From: Spirochaetales bacterium
GTDB taxonomy: Bacteria > Spirochaetota > Spirochaetia > JABEVK01
Assembly: GCA_037142615.1 (NCBI GenBank)
Contig: JBAXAI010000004.1
Location: 32,001 to 96,000 of the forward strand
DNA: 64,000 nt
Direction of reading: 5' to 3'
Part shown: positions 35,273-45,110 of the stretch, in pieces
Layout: each line of letters starts with the position of its first letter
Numbering within the stretch: position 1 is the first letter of the stretch
Made by a program: the position numbers and the translations under genes
Notes under the pieces: generated by a model
What the model was told of the DNA's origin: nothing
The model's database searches: none
The model's input: only the letters and a program-made list of their open reading frames with translations

Positions 35273-35877
35273 ACGCCGAGCCCGAGTCCCTGAGCGGCCA
35301 GTTCCTCATCGCCGACCTCGACCTGACCGATCCGAGCTTTCTGCGGTCGGTGGTGCTGGTGGTGGAACACAACGCCGAGGGGGCCTTCGGGCTGATCATC
35401 AACCGTCCCTTGGGCCTGACGGCGGCCCAGATTGTGCAAGAGAACGCCGAGCCGGTCGAGTTTCCCGAGCGCCGGGGCAAGATTCCCCTGTACGGGGGTG
35501 GCCCGGTGGAAAATCAGGCGGTCTTCACCTTGCATTCCGGCCTGGAGCCTTCGTCGTGCTCGCCAGCCGTGCGCGAGATCGCTCCCGGGCTGTTCTTTGA
35601 GCCGAGTTTTCCGGCCGTGCGGCGCTACGTTTCGGGCATCGCTCCCGAGTACCCGCCCGACGACACGCCGACCATCCGGCTCTACCTCGGGTACGCCGGC
35701 TGGGGCGAAGGCCAGCTCGAAGCCGAACGCCGCCAAGGCAGCTGGCACCTGTTGCCCGCCCGCGCCAGTCTCGTGTTCCAGACTCCCCCGCAGGACATCT
35801 GGCAGCGCGCCATGGAACTCAAGGGTGGTTTTTGGAGCATCGTTGCCCAGACCGGCTTCAAACCCTCGTTGAACTGA
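35269..35877 (+). CDS. YqgE/AlgH (DUF179) family protein
   Basis: GQFLIA..DPSFLRSVVL..GAFGLIINRP, GGPV, YLGYAGWGEGQLEAE, terminal PSLN. Confidence 0.92.
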   Translation: MNAEPESLSGQFLIADLDLTDPSFLRSVVLVVEHNAEGAFGLIINRPLGLTAAQIVQENAEPVEFPERRGKIPLYGGGPVENQAVFTLHSGLEPSSCSPAVREIAPGLFFEPSFPAVRRYVSGIAPEYPPDDTPTIRLYLGYAGWGEGQLEAERRQGSWHLLPARASLVFQTPPQDIWQRAMELKGGFWSIVAQTGFKPSLN

Positions 35878-35924
35878 AACCCGCTTTGCGCTATTGATGC
35901 AATCGGGTGTGGTACACTCCAATC

Positions 35925-38900
35925 ATGCCGCTTACTTTGATTCAGCACTACGACTTGAGCTGGCTCGCCCTCCGTTTGGCCACCGACCTGAGGCATCGCC
36001 CCTCCGGTTTGGGTGCCCTCGAGGCCGAGCCTCTGATCGTGCAAACGCCAGGGATGGAAAAGTGGGTGGCGCTCGAGTGCGCGCGGCTCAACGGGTCGTA
36101 CACACGGGTTCAGGCGCAGACTCCGGTGCAGTTCTTGATGAAGCTGGGTTTTCTGGCGCTCAAAAAGACCGAGGACCGAAGCGTGTTCGAAAAGGACGTT
36201 CTGCCGTGGGCGCTCTACCGTATTTTGCAGGAGGACCTGAAACTCGGGCTGGACGAGCTGGACGCGTTGCGCTCGTATGTGCACTTCGGGACCCCAGGGC
36301 AAGGCGAGGAAGCTTCCGTTAGGCTGTTTTCGCTGGCCAGTTCGCTGGGTGACCTCTTTGACCAGTACATGCTCTACCGGCCGGAATGGCTGGCGGTCTG
36401 GGAAGGCCACGGCCAAGTTGCCGAACTGGCCAAGTTTGCCCGCGACGAAGAGGCGTGGCAGGGTCACCTGTGGCGCCGTTTGCAGGCCTTGGCTCAGCTG
36501 ACCCCGTCGCCGGTCAACCGGGACCAGTACTTTTCGCGTCTGTTCGCCGCGCTGGAGCACCCCGATCCTAAGTGGCCCATCCCGCCCCGGATTTTCCTTT
36601 TCGGCATGTCGGTGTTGCCACCCCGCTTTCTCGAAATCTTTCAAGTGCTCGGGGAGCACACTCAGGTGCTGGTGTACCTCCAGACGCCCACTTTGCACTA
36701 CTGGGGCGACCTTCAGCGCGACTCGGTGGCTCTCAAGGCCGGGGTGGCTCCCACAGGCAACCGCCTTTTGGCCAACCTGGGCGAGGCCGGTCAGGAGTTT
36801 CTCGACTTGTTGCTTGCCACCAACCCCCATCAGATCGACACTTGGTCGGACGCCGACTTTTTTCCCCCGGAACCGACCACCTTGCTGGGTTGGTTGAAGC
36901 AGGACGTGCTCCTTTGCCGGGAGGCGGCCAACGAGCCACGGGTTCTGACCGACGACGACTCGCTTCGGTTGGCCCGCTGCACCTCGCCGCTGCGTGAGGT
37001 CGAAGTCTTGCATGACCTGCTGCTCGATGCTCTGGCCGACCATCCAGAGCTCACGCCGTCGGACCTTCTGATTGTGTCGCCCGACCTCGAGACCTATGCG
37101 CCACTGATTGAGCAGGCTTTCACCCGCGTGCCGTTCACCGTCGCCGATCACCCCGCTCTAGCCGAGAATCGCCCGATGCGCCTCGCGGCAGACCTGCTGC
37201 AAGCGGCGGCCGGGGGGTTTTCTCCCGCCGAAGTGGTGGGGCTGTTTGAAGAGGCCTGCGACGTGGCCGGGAAACCCCTCGACGCGCGGGAACGTGAGGT
37301 GGTCACTGACTGGGTACTGAACTCGGGCATCCGGCACGAGTTTTCGGGCCCGGAATTGACGTGGGAAGCGGGGCTGGCAAGGTTGATGGCCGGCTACTCG
37401 ATCGACGGACAGGAACCGGCTGAAGGCGGCCTGTTGCCGGTTGCCGGGGTCACCTCGCAGGCCCCCTTGCTGGGACGCTTGGCCGAGTTTGTCCGTACGC
37501 TGGCGGCACTGGCAGAGCTCAAGGGCCGTTCGATGCTTCTTGCCGACTGGATCGGGCAGATCCGCCGTCCGCTGGCCCTGCTGCTGGGGGGCGAAGACGA
37601 GGTGGACGGCGGCGCCGATTTCACGCCGCTGGGCCCGCTGACGTTGGCTGCCGACCGGTTGTCCGAGCGCTTCGTGCTCACCGGCCTCGAGGCGCAGAGC
37701 CTGTCTTGGGACCTGGTGTTGCGGGCCTGGATCGATGAACTGGCCGTTGCCGCTGCGCCGGGCTCATTCCTCTCGGGCAGGGCTACGGTCTGTGGCATGG
37801 TGCCGATGCGTTCGCTCCCGTTTCCGGTGATCGCCGTCTTGGGCCTGCAGCAGGGCCTTTATCCCCGGCATTCCGAAGCCCCGGAGTACGACCTGATGCG
37901 TCTGGTTCGCCACGGCGGCGACCGGGACGTCCTTCAGTCCGACCGCTACCTCTTCCTCGAGCTCCTTACCGCGGCTGGGGACCGGCTCATCCTCACCGCC
38001 AGTGGCCTTACCGATAAGGGCGAGGCTTCGCCACTGTCGAGCGTCGCTCAGTTGCTGGTCAGTTGGCTCGACCGCGAGTATCTGGTCGAACGAAAAGGCG
38101 GGCCCAAACCTGCGGGCGAGGCCATCACCGTGACGTACCCGCTGAGTCCCGCTTCGCTTCGCTACCAATGGCAGCACGGCGGAGTAGAAGTCTCAACCTG
38201 GAACACCCGTTGGTTTGAGGTCCTGCCCGAAGCGCCACCGGCGGTCCCGTTTTGGGATTGGAGGGCGCGGGCACCCGAAAGGGCCGCCGAAGTTGGGGCC
38301 GGTTGGTTGGTGAGGGCGCTCGACGACCCGCTGAAGGCTTTTTTCGAGCAGGGGCTCGAAGCCCTTGAACCACGCGCGGCCGAGGCCCTGCCCGAGTCCG
38401 AGCTCTTCGGTGTGCACGGCCTCGACGAGTATCAATTGCGCAGCGCAGTTTACGCCGTCGACCGGGGTGACCTTTGGGCACTGGCAAGACTTCGGGCCTC
38501 TGGTGGACTCCCCCCGGGTAACGCGGGCGACCACTGGCAGAACGCCGAAGTCCGCAATCTGGCGTCGCGACTGGCCGCTGCCGAAAGAGCACTCGGAACC
38601 AAGCCAACCTACCAGCGGGTATGCCTGGGCGGCAACGGCCTCCACGCCCTTGTCTGGGAAGGTGAACTGGCCCGCCATGGTTCGCGGCAGGTTCTGCTTG
38701 ATCCCGGCAAGGTCAAGGGCAAGCGACGCTTGAACGCTGCCATTGTCCATGCGCTCGCGAACCTGGCGGGTCCGTGGACGACAGTCTTGGTGGCCCTCGA
38801 CGCGACCCTCCAGTTTGGGCCCCTGCCGGGCGACGAGGCGCGCGCCTACCTGGATCGCTGGCTAGGACTGGGCTACCAAAGCGTGGAACGGCCCTTGCCC

Positions 38901-39149
38901 TTCACCCTCAACGCAGCCTGGGCCGCCTGCGAAAAGCCAGGTGCGGACCGAGAAAGTCGATTGCACGATGCCTGGAAGCAACTGGAAGGCCCCTTGGGTA
39001 CCAAGTACAATGGTAGCCGTTGGGAACTCAACCCTCGGTTGATCCGCGCTTTCGACGGAGCGCTAGACTTGGAAGAAGCTGGCGTCGCCGAGCTATTTCT
39101 GACGTGCGCCGAACAGCTGTTCGCCCTTTGGCCAGGGGAGCGCCTATGA
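35925..39149 (+). CDS. recC: Exodeoxyribonuclease V gamma subunit
   Basis: LIVQTPGMEKW, DLFDQYMLYRPEW, SPLREVEVLHD, MVPMRSLPF, DRYLFLE. Confidence 0.92.
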   Translation: MPLTLIQHYDLSWLALRLATDLRHRPSGLGALEAEPLIVQTPGMEKWVALECARLNGSYTRVQAQTPVQFLMKLGFLALKKTEDRSVFEKDVLPWALYRILQEDLKLGLDELDALRSYVHFGTPGQGEEASVRLFSLASSLGDLFDQYMLYRPEWLAVWEGHGQVAELAKFARDEEAWQGHLWRRLQALAQLTPSPVNRDQYFSRLFAALEHPDPKWPIPPRIFLFGMSVLPPRFLEIFQVLGEHTQVLVYLQTPTLHYWGDLQRDSVALKAGVAPTGNRLLANLGEAGQEFLDLLLATNPHQIDTWSDADFFPPEPTTLLGWLKQDVLLCREAANEPRVLTDDDSLRLARCTSPLREVEVLHDLLLDALADHPELTPSDLLIVSPDLETYAPLIEQAFTRVPFTVADHPALAENRPMRLAADLLQAAAGGFSPAEVVGLFEEACDVAGKPLDAREREVVTDWVLNSGIRHEFSGPELTWEAGLARLMAGYSIDGQEPAEGGLLPVAGVTSQAPLLGRLAEFVRTLAALAELKGRSMLLADWIGQIRRPLALLLGGEDEVDGGADFTPLGPLTLAADRLSERFVLTGLEAQSLSWDLVLRAWIDELAVAAAPGSFLSGRATVCGMVPMRSLPFPVIAVLGLQQGLYPRHSEAPEYDLMRLVRHGGDRDVLQSDRYLFLELLTAAGDRLILTASGLTDKGEASPLSSVAQLLVSWLDREYLVERKGGPKPAGEAITVTYPLSPASLRYQWQHGGVEVSTWNTRWFEVLPEAPPAVPFWDWRARAPERAAEVGAGWLVRALDDPLKAFFEQGLEALEPRAAEALPESELFGVHGLDEYQLRSAVYAVDRGDLWALARLRASGGLPPGNAGDHWQNAEVRNLASRLAAAERALGTKPTYQRVCLGGNGLHALVWEGELARHGSRQVLLDPGKVKGKRRLNAAIVHALANLAGPWTTVLVALDATLQFGPLPGDEARAYLDRWLGLGYQSVERPLPFTLNAAWAACEKPGADRESRLHDAWKQLEGPLGTKYNGSRWELNPRLIRAFDGALDLEEAGVAELFLTCAEQLFALWPGERL

Positions 39150-42100
39150 GCCCGCTTCGCTTGCTCGACCTGAAAGTTCCGCTGACAGGAACCCACCTCA
39201 TCGAGGCCAGCGCCGGAACTGGCAAAACTTACACGCTCGGCCTCCTTGTGTTGCGGTTGGTGCTCGAAAACGACTTCGACGTGCGCCAGTTGGCGGTGGT
39301 CACCTTCACCGAAGCGGCAGCGGCCGAATTGGCCGACCGGATAGGCCAGTTCCTCCGTCGCGCGAGGCAAGCTTTGCTGGGAAACAACACCGACCCCACG
39401 GCGGACCCGGACATTGCTGCCCTCGTCGACGGTCTTTGCGCTGCGAGGGGGGCCCCGCTGCTGGCCCAACGGCTCGATCTGGCCGAGTTGCGGCTCGATC
39501 AAGCGCGAATCACTACGATTCACGGTTTCTGTTCCCGGTTGCTGACCGAGTTCTCGTTCGAATTGCACGCCGGGCTTGGCTACGAGCATCTGGAGTCCGA
39601 AGACGGGCTGATCGGCGAAGTCTTGGCTGAGTTTTGGCGTACCCACCTGAAGCCTCTGCCGGCCGCCTGGCAGGCTCAGGTCGCAGGTTTGGACCCGACT
39701 TCGCTGGCAAGCTTGCTGGGGCCCCTGCTGAATCATCCTGGCTTGCCCGTCGTCGGCGAGGTTACGGATTCCGTGGCCACCCAGGCAGCTTGGGGAGCCT
39801 GGGGTGCCCTCCGTCGGAAGTTTGAGGCCGACCGGCCGCAGCTTGAGCAGCTTCTGTTTGAGACCCCGACGCGCTTTGGCACCAAGGCCGTCGTGGGAAA
39901 AGACCCTGCCAGGGCGCTCCGCGAGGCCGAAGCCGCCCTTCAGAACGATTCGTTTGGCGCGGACGAACTCGCCCGGTTTGGTTTCACGCGGCTGACCAAG
40001 GCGCTGAACCAAGAAAAGCGGGACTTTGCTGAACTGGGGGTGATGCGGGCCATCGAGGAGTTCGACCGCGACCACCTGGTGCATCTGAATCAGCAGAAGT
40101 CCTCGCTGTTGGTGGCGGCGTGGAAGTACCTTCAGGAGCACCTTCCCGCCCGAAAGGCGCAGCTCCGTCTGCGCTCGCCCAACGACCTGATTAGGGGAGT
40201 CTACGACGGGCTGGCCGTAGCGAGCCCCCGAAGTCTCGAGGCCATCCGTTCGCGGTTCCGTGCCGTGTTCGTCGATGAGTTCCAGGACACCGACCCGCGG
40301 CAGTACGACATTTTTCAACGCCTGTTCGGGCCACCCAACCCTCAGTTGTTTGTGGTGGTAGGAGACCCTAAGCAGGCCATCTACGGCTTCCGTGGCGGTG
40401 ATATCGAAGCCTATCTGCGGGCCGCCAACGACATAGAAGTGTCCAACCGCCACTCGCTGGCCACCAACCACCGGTCGTCTGCCCGCTTGCTCGAAGCCCT
40501 CAATCTCGTTTATGAACCTCACCTCGATCCGTTCCAAACCGCCAGCGGGCGCTACCAGATCGGCTACCAACGAGTGGGGCCCACTACTTCCCCACCGCCC
40601 GAGGTCACTGGCGAGGGCATGGTTCTGCCCCCGCTGACGTTGTGGGACTTCGACACCGGCAAGGCCCCTCGGCCTTCGGTCATTGCCGCCCGTATCGCGT
40701 ACGAGGTCCAGCGCCTCAAGGCCGGGGCCCGTCACAAAGACCGTGCACTTCAAAACCGCGACTTTGCCATCCTTGTCAGCTCCCACGCCAACGCCCGCAA
40801 GCTCCGCCGGGAGCTCGCGAAGCCACCGTTTCAACTCCTGGCGGTTACCGGTCAATCGGGCTCGGTACTGCAGTCCGACGAGGCGTCGAACCTGAAGCTG
40901 ACGCTGCAGGCACTGGTGAGTCCGTCGAACCTGGGGCTGGTGAGGGCCCTTCTCCTTTCGAGTTTGCACGGCTGGGACAACCTCCAGCTTGAGGCCTGGA
41001 ACAACGACTCGCGGGCCGTCCTCGGCACTCTCGGGCAACTTTCCCGGACCCGCCTGCGTTGGGAAGCCCGTGGAGTCGCCCGCGCCCTCGATGAGTTGCT
41101 TCACACCTGGGGGGTCTGGACTCCACCGTCCCGGTCCGAGACGTCGCTGGGGCACCAGCGGACCGTGACCAACTACCGCCATCTTCTCGAGATCCTTCAC
41201 GCCCAAGACGAGAGGCTCGGTCGACAGCCGGTTCGTACCCTGCGGTGTTTCATCGACCTGATGGCCAACCCGGACGACCAGGCGTACGAGCAGAGGCTCG
41301 AGGCCGACGAGGGTGCGCTTCAGATTGTTACCATGCACAAGGCCAAGGGGCTGCAATGGCCGGTAGTTTTCGCGGTGGACCTCGCGCGGGATCCCAGTCC
41401 CAATTCCAAGACCCCGCCGCTCGTCGAGGGGGCCGAAGGTCGGCAGATCGATTTTCGGGCCAGCGCAAGTGAGGCTGCCAAGGCCTACCAAAAAGCCGCC
41501 TCGGCCCAGGAGCGTCAACGTCTGGGCTACGTGGCCCTGACGCGCGCCGAAGGCTTGCTCTACGTGGTACGCTGGAAGTCAGACAAGAACGCCTCGTCTC
41601 CGGCCCAGTACCTGTTCGGTTCCGTAGTTGCGCCCTTGGCCGGGACGGACAGGCAACCCTTGATCGATGTTGCGCCCCTGACCGAGTTGGGTCCCTGGGT
41701 GCCCACGCCGTTGACTCACTCGCCCGACCCTCATCCGGGCGTCCGCACCTGGGACGAAACCCGTCACCTTGTTCCCCGTTTCATGGTGGGGAGCTATTCG
41801 GGCCTCACCCGGGACCTTTCCAAGCACCCTGCCATACCCCCGACCTCATCGTCAGGGTCCAGCTTGCCCGAGTTCCCTCGTGGCAAAGAGGCAGGGACCG
41901 CTCTCCATACCGTGCTCGAGAAGATCGACTTTGTCAGCCCCGACCAGGCAAGGATACGTTCGCTGCTTGCGTCCGCTGGAATCGAGCCCCAATACAACGA
42001 AACCGGCATTCAGCTTGTCGAGACCGTCCTGCAAACTCAACTCATACCGGGACGAGAAAAGGCCAGCCCGTTTTCGCTGGCTTCGCTGTCACGGCAGGAC

Positions 42101-42589
42101 CACGCGGCCGAGGTGCCGTTCTACTTGACCGCTCAGTACGGCCAGAGGGACCGGGCCCTGACGGCTGGGCGGCTGGCAGAGGTTCCTGGCGCCCGCGAGG
42201 CCGGCTTGGAACTCGCACCCAACGCCAACTTGTCAGGCTACCTCAACGGCGTGATCGACCTCGTGGTTCGCCACGAGCAGCGCTGGTACCTGCTCGACTG
42301 GAAGTCCAACTACCTCGGGGGTTCGCCCGAAGACTACCAGCAGGCCCAACTTGATCACGCGATGCGGAGCAACCACTACCTGTTGCAGGCGCACCTTTAC
42401 ACCGTGGCTTGGGATCGCCACCTCCGATTGCTGGCTTCTGCCCCCGGAGCCGAGCCCTACGACTACAACCTGCACTTCGGAGGCGTGTTCTATCTCTTCC
42501 TGAGGGGCGTTCAGCCCAGTTCTTCGTCGGGGATCTGGTTCCACAAACCGCCGCAAGCACTCATCACGGCGTTGGCGGAGTTGCTATGA
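39146..42589 (+). CDS. recB: Exodeoxyribonuclease V beta subunit
   Basis: IEASAGTGKT, VTFTEAAAAE, DEFQDTD, GDPKQAIYGFRG, TMHKAKGL, YVALTRA, nuclease GVIDL..LDWKSN. Confidence 0.95.
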   Translation: MSPLRLLDLKVPLTGTHLIEASAGTGKTYTLGLLVLRLVLENDFDVRQLAVVTFTEAAAAELADRIGQFLRRARQALLGNNTDPTADPDIAALVDGLCAARGAPLLAQRLDLAELRLDQARITTIHGFCSRLLTEFSFELHAGLGYEHLESEDGLIGEVLAEFWRTHLKPLPAAWQAQVAGLDPTSLASLLGPLLNHPGLPVVGEVTDSVATQAAWGAWGALRRKFEADRPQLEQLLFETPTRFGTKAVVGKDPARALREAEAALQNDSFGADELARFGFTRLTKALNQEKRDFAELGVMRAIEEFDRDHLVHLNQQKSSLLVAAWKYLQEHLPARKAQLRLRSPNDLIRGVYDGLAVASPRSLEAIRSRFRAVFVDEFQDTDPRQYDIFQRLFGPPNPQLFVVVGDPKQAIYGFRGGDIEAYLRAANDIEVSNRHSLATNHRSSARLLEALNLVYEPHLDPFQTASGRYQIGYQRVGPTTSPPPEVTGEGMVLPPLTLWDFDTGKAPRPSVIAARIAYEVQRLKAGARHKDRALQNRDFAILVSSHANARKLRRELAKPPFQLLAVTGQSGSVLQSDEASNLKLTLQALVSPSNLGLVRALLLSSLHGWDNLQLEAWNNDSRAVLGTLGQLSRTRLRWEARGVARALDELLHTWGVWTPPSRSETSLGHQRTVTNYRHLLEILHAQDERLGRQPVRTLRCFIDLMANPDDQAYEQRLEADEGALQIVTMHKAKGLQWPVVFAVDLARDPSPNSKTPPLVEGAEGRQIDFRASASEAAKAYQKAASAQERQRLGYVALTRAEGLLYVVRWKSDKNASSPAQYLFGSVVAPLAGTDRQPLIDVAPLTELGPWVPTPLTHSPDPHPGVRTWDETRHLVPRFMVGSYSGLTRDLSKHPAIPPTSSSGSSLPEFPRGKEAGTALHTVLEKIDFVSPDQARIRSLLASAGIEPQYNETGIQLVETVLQTQLIPGREKASPFSLASLSRQDHAAEVPFYLTAQYGQRDRALTAGRLAEVPGAREAGLELAPNANLSGYLNGVIDLVVRHEQRWYLLDWKSNYLGGSPEDYQQAQLDHAMRSNHYLLQAHLYTVAWDRHLRLLASAPGAEPYDYNLHFGGVFYLFLRGVQPSSSSGIWFHKPPQALITALAELL

Positions 42590-44211
42590 AACTGGACCTC
42601 AGGGCCCTTGACCGCGAGTTTGCCCACTTGCTGCAACAACATTGGCAGGCCACGTCCGAGGTAGCCGAGGCCGGTGCTCAGGTGAGTGCGGCGCTCGGCC
42701 AGGGCGACACCAGGGTTGCGTGGAGCGCGGTCCCCGACCTAAAGGGAGTTCCCGCCGTTGCTGAGGTCGCTTCTGACACTGATCTTGGCGTCAGGACCGA
42801 ACCCGCACGGCGGCCCTTGGTACTCGACGGCGATTTTATTGCCCTTCATCGTCCGTGGACGCAGGAACACCGATTGGCGCGGACCTTTCGTAGTTTGTCG
42901 CTCCCCACGGCCGAAACGTTGCTCCCTGGTACCCTCGGACTGCTCGACCAGTTGTTTCCTCCAAGACTCGCCGAAACTTTGCAGCGTCAGGCGGCCTTGT
43001 TGCCCTTTCAGTCGCGCTTGGCGGTCATTTCCGGCGGTCCCGGCACGGGCAAGACCCGGGTTCTGGCCCGCTTGCTGGCCTTGGTCTACGAACAGGCCCT
43101 GGGAGCAGGCTTGGCTCCGCCCCGGGTGGCTCTTTGCGCCCCCACGGGCAAGGCCGCCCGGCGCATGGCCGAGGCTTTGGCCAAAGCCGTTGCCGACGAT
43201 CCAGAGACGCTTGCGCCCTACGCCGAGCTCAAGGCCCTGCTTCCGGTTACGATCCACCGCCTGCTCGGCCTCGGCGGGCCGCTCAACGTGGATCTGGTTG
43301 CCGTCGACGAAGCCTCGATGGTCGACTTGGGGTTGATGGACGCCTTGCTCAGCGCGCTCCCGCCCAGGGCAAAACTCGTGCTTCTTGGTGACGCCGACCA
43401 GTTGCCTCCCGTCGAGCCAGGCCGAGTACTTGGCGATCTCGTGGCTGGCCTGGTCAGTCTGCAACCCACTCCAGTGGTGGTGCTCACCCACTCGTACCGC
43501 TTCGACGGGCAGCAGGCCATCGGCCTCGTCGCACAGGCCGTGAACTCGGGCAACGCCTCGGCAACGCTGGAGGCCCTGCGTCGTCCCGTCACGTCCGACT
43601 CCAGTTGCACCCTGGAGCCACTTTTCGTTCCTCAGCAGGTCGTAGAAATGTTGCGTCGGAAGTTCGCGCCTTTTTTGGCGACCCGGACCCCTCAAACGGC
43701 CTGGGACGCGCTCGATTCGTACTTGGCGCTGGCTGTCGTGAACGATGGCCCTTGGGGTCAGGTCGGCCTCAACCAGGCCCTCGTGGAAGTCTTGCACCCC
43801 GCCGAGCCTCGTCCCGTCATGATCACCGAAAATGACCCGCGGACGGGTCTGTCCAACGGCGAATTGGGCGTAATTCTTCCGGGACCCGGTGGCAATCTGG
43901 CCTGGTTCCGGGGTTTTGAGCGGCCTTTCCCCGAGCCGTTGCTTCCGCCTCACCAAACGGCCTTTGTCATCACCATCCACAAATCTCAGGGCTCGGAGTT
44001 TGATTCGTTGACCGTCGTTCTGCCCCCGGACAGGGAACGCAGCAGGCTCACCCTCAGCCGTGAGTTGCTCTACACAGCCATCACCCGCGCTAAGCGTCAC
44101 TGTGTGCTCGTTGCCACCGAGGACCAGCTGCGCCAAGCGGTGGCCACGCCCAACCAGCGTCAGTCGGGCCTGCTCGACAAGCTCGCCCGATGGAAAAACC
44201 CGACCCCATAG
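42586..44211 (+). CDS. recD: Exodeoxyribonuclease V alpha subunit
   Basis: SGGPGTGKT, APTGKAA, TIHRLLG, DEASMVD, GDADQL, TIHKSQGSEF, YTAITRA. Confidence 0.95.
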   Translation: MKLDLRALDREFAHLLQQHWQATSEVAEAGAQVSAALGQGDTRVAWSAVPDLKGVPAVAEVASDTDLGVRTEPARRPLVLDGDFIALHRPWTQEHRLARTFRSLSLPTAETLLPGTLGLLDQLFPPRLAETLQRQAALLPFQSRLAVISGGPGTGKTRVLARLLALVYEQALGAGLAPPRVALCAPTGKAARRMAEALAKAVADDPETLAPYAELKALLPVTIHRLLGLGGPLNVDLVAVDEASMVDLGLMDALLSALPPRAKLVLLGDADQLPPVEPGRVLGDLVAGLVSLQPTPVVVLTHSYRFDGQQAIGLVAQAVNSGNASATLEALRRPVTSDSSCTLEPLFVPQQVVEMLRRKFAPFLATRTPQTAWDALDSYLALAVVNDGPWGQVGLNQALVEVLHPAEPRPVMITENDPRTGLSNGELGVILPGPGGNLAWFRGFERPFPEPLLPPHQTAFVITIHKSQGSEFDSLTVVLPPDRERSRLTLSRELLYTAITRAKRHCVLVATEDQLRQAVATPNQRQSGLLDKLARWKNPTP

Positions 44212-44225
44212 CTCATACTGTTGGG

Positions 44226-45101
44226 ATGATTCACCTCGAAAATGATTACCTCAAGGCCTCGTTCCTCACCAAGGGCGCCGAGTGGCGCAGTTTTGTCGCC
44301 AAACCCAAGGGGCAGGAGTTCCTGTGGAACGCCGACCCCGCCTTCTGGGGAAAGTCCTCCCCTCTTCTGTTTCCCATCGTGGGCAGCCTTCGCGGCGGTG
44401 AATACCAGTATGAGGGACAGACCTACCGCATGGGACGCCATGGGTTGGCCCGCGACCGGGAGTTTGTGGTCAAGGAGCAAGAGGTCTGGCGAGTCGTGTT
44501 GGTCCAAACCTCCGACGCCGAAACCCGCAAAGCCTATCCTTTTGACTGGGAACTTGAGGTGGAATACCGGTTGTGGAAGCGCGTGATGCACACCACGTGG
44601 CGCGTGCGCAATACCGGAACCCAGGTGATGCCCTTCAGCATCGGCGCCCACCCGGCTTTCGCGCTCCCTCTGGGTGGCGGAGACGGGGCTTTTGAAGACA
44701 GCTTTCTCGACTTTGAACTGGTGGAACCGCTTGAGCGCTGGATGCTCGACGCCAACGGCTTGCTGTCGGGCGAAACCCGCCCGTTGCCAACCGTCGGCCG
44801 CTCGCTGGTGCTCACCCGCTCGCTTTTCGCCGAAGACGCCGTGGTGATCAAACGGCCCAAGTCGAGCCGGATCACCTTGCGTGCCAAAGACTCGCCCCTC
44901 AGCCTGAGCCTCGAGTTCCCTGGCTTCAGCCATCTTGGCCTTTGGAGCGCTCCCAACGCGCCCTTCGTCTGCCTGGAACCTTGGTGCGGCGTCACCGACA
45001 GCGTAACGTCCACCGGCAACATGGCCGACAAAGAGGGCATTCAGCTCCTCGCTCCCGGGGGACTCTTCGAAAAGAGCTACGCGGTCACCGTAGAGGCCTA
45101 A
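44226..45101 (+). CDS. Aldose 1-epimerase family protein (LacX-like)
   Basis: LWNADPAFWGKSSPLLFPIVG, RHGLAR, FSIGAHPAF, FVCLEPWCG. Confidence 0.9.
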   Translation: MIHLENDYLKASFLTKGAEWRSFVAKPKGQEFLWNADPAFWGKSSPLLFPIVGSLRGGEYQYEGQTYRMGRHGLARDREFVVKEQEVWRVVLVQTSDAETRKAYPFDWELEVEYRLWKRVMHTTWRVRNTGTQVMPFSIGAHPAFALPLGGGDGAFEDSFLDFELVEPLERWMLDANGLLSGETRPLPTVGRSLVLTRSLFAEDAVVIKRPKSSRITLRAKDSPLSLSLEFPGFSHLGLWSAPNAPFVCLEPWCGVTDSVTSTGNMADKEGIQLLAPGGLFEKSYAVTVEA

Positions 45102-45110
45102 GTACCTCTA

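Noticed and set aside
38873-41518. Long antisense ORFs (also 9697-11577, 17833-19716, 21880-23358, 26025-27614)
   Set aside because: They mirror well-supported genes on the opposite strand, as expected from high-GC codon bias, and show no motifs.
35925-44211. Helicase-nuclease cluster as a novel defence system
   Set aside because: Motifs and gene order match ordinary recC-recB-recD.
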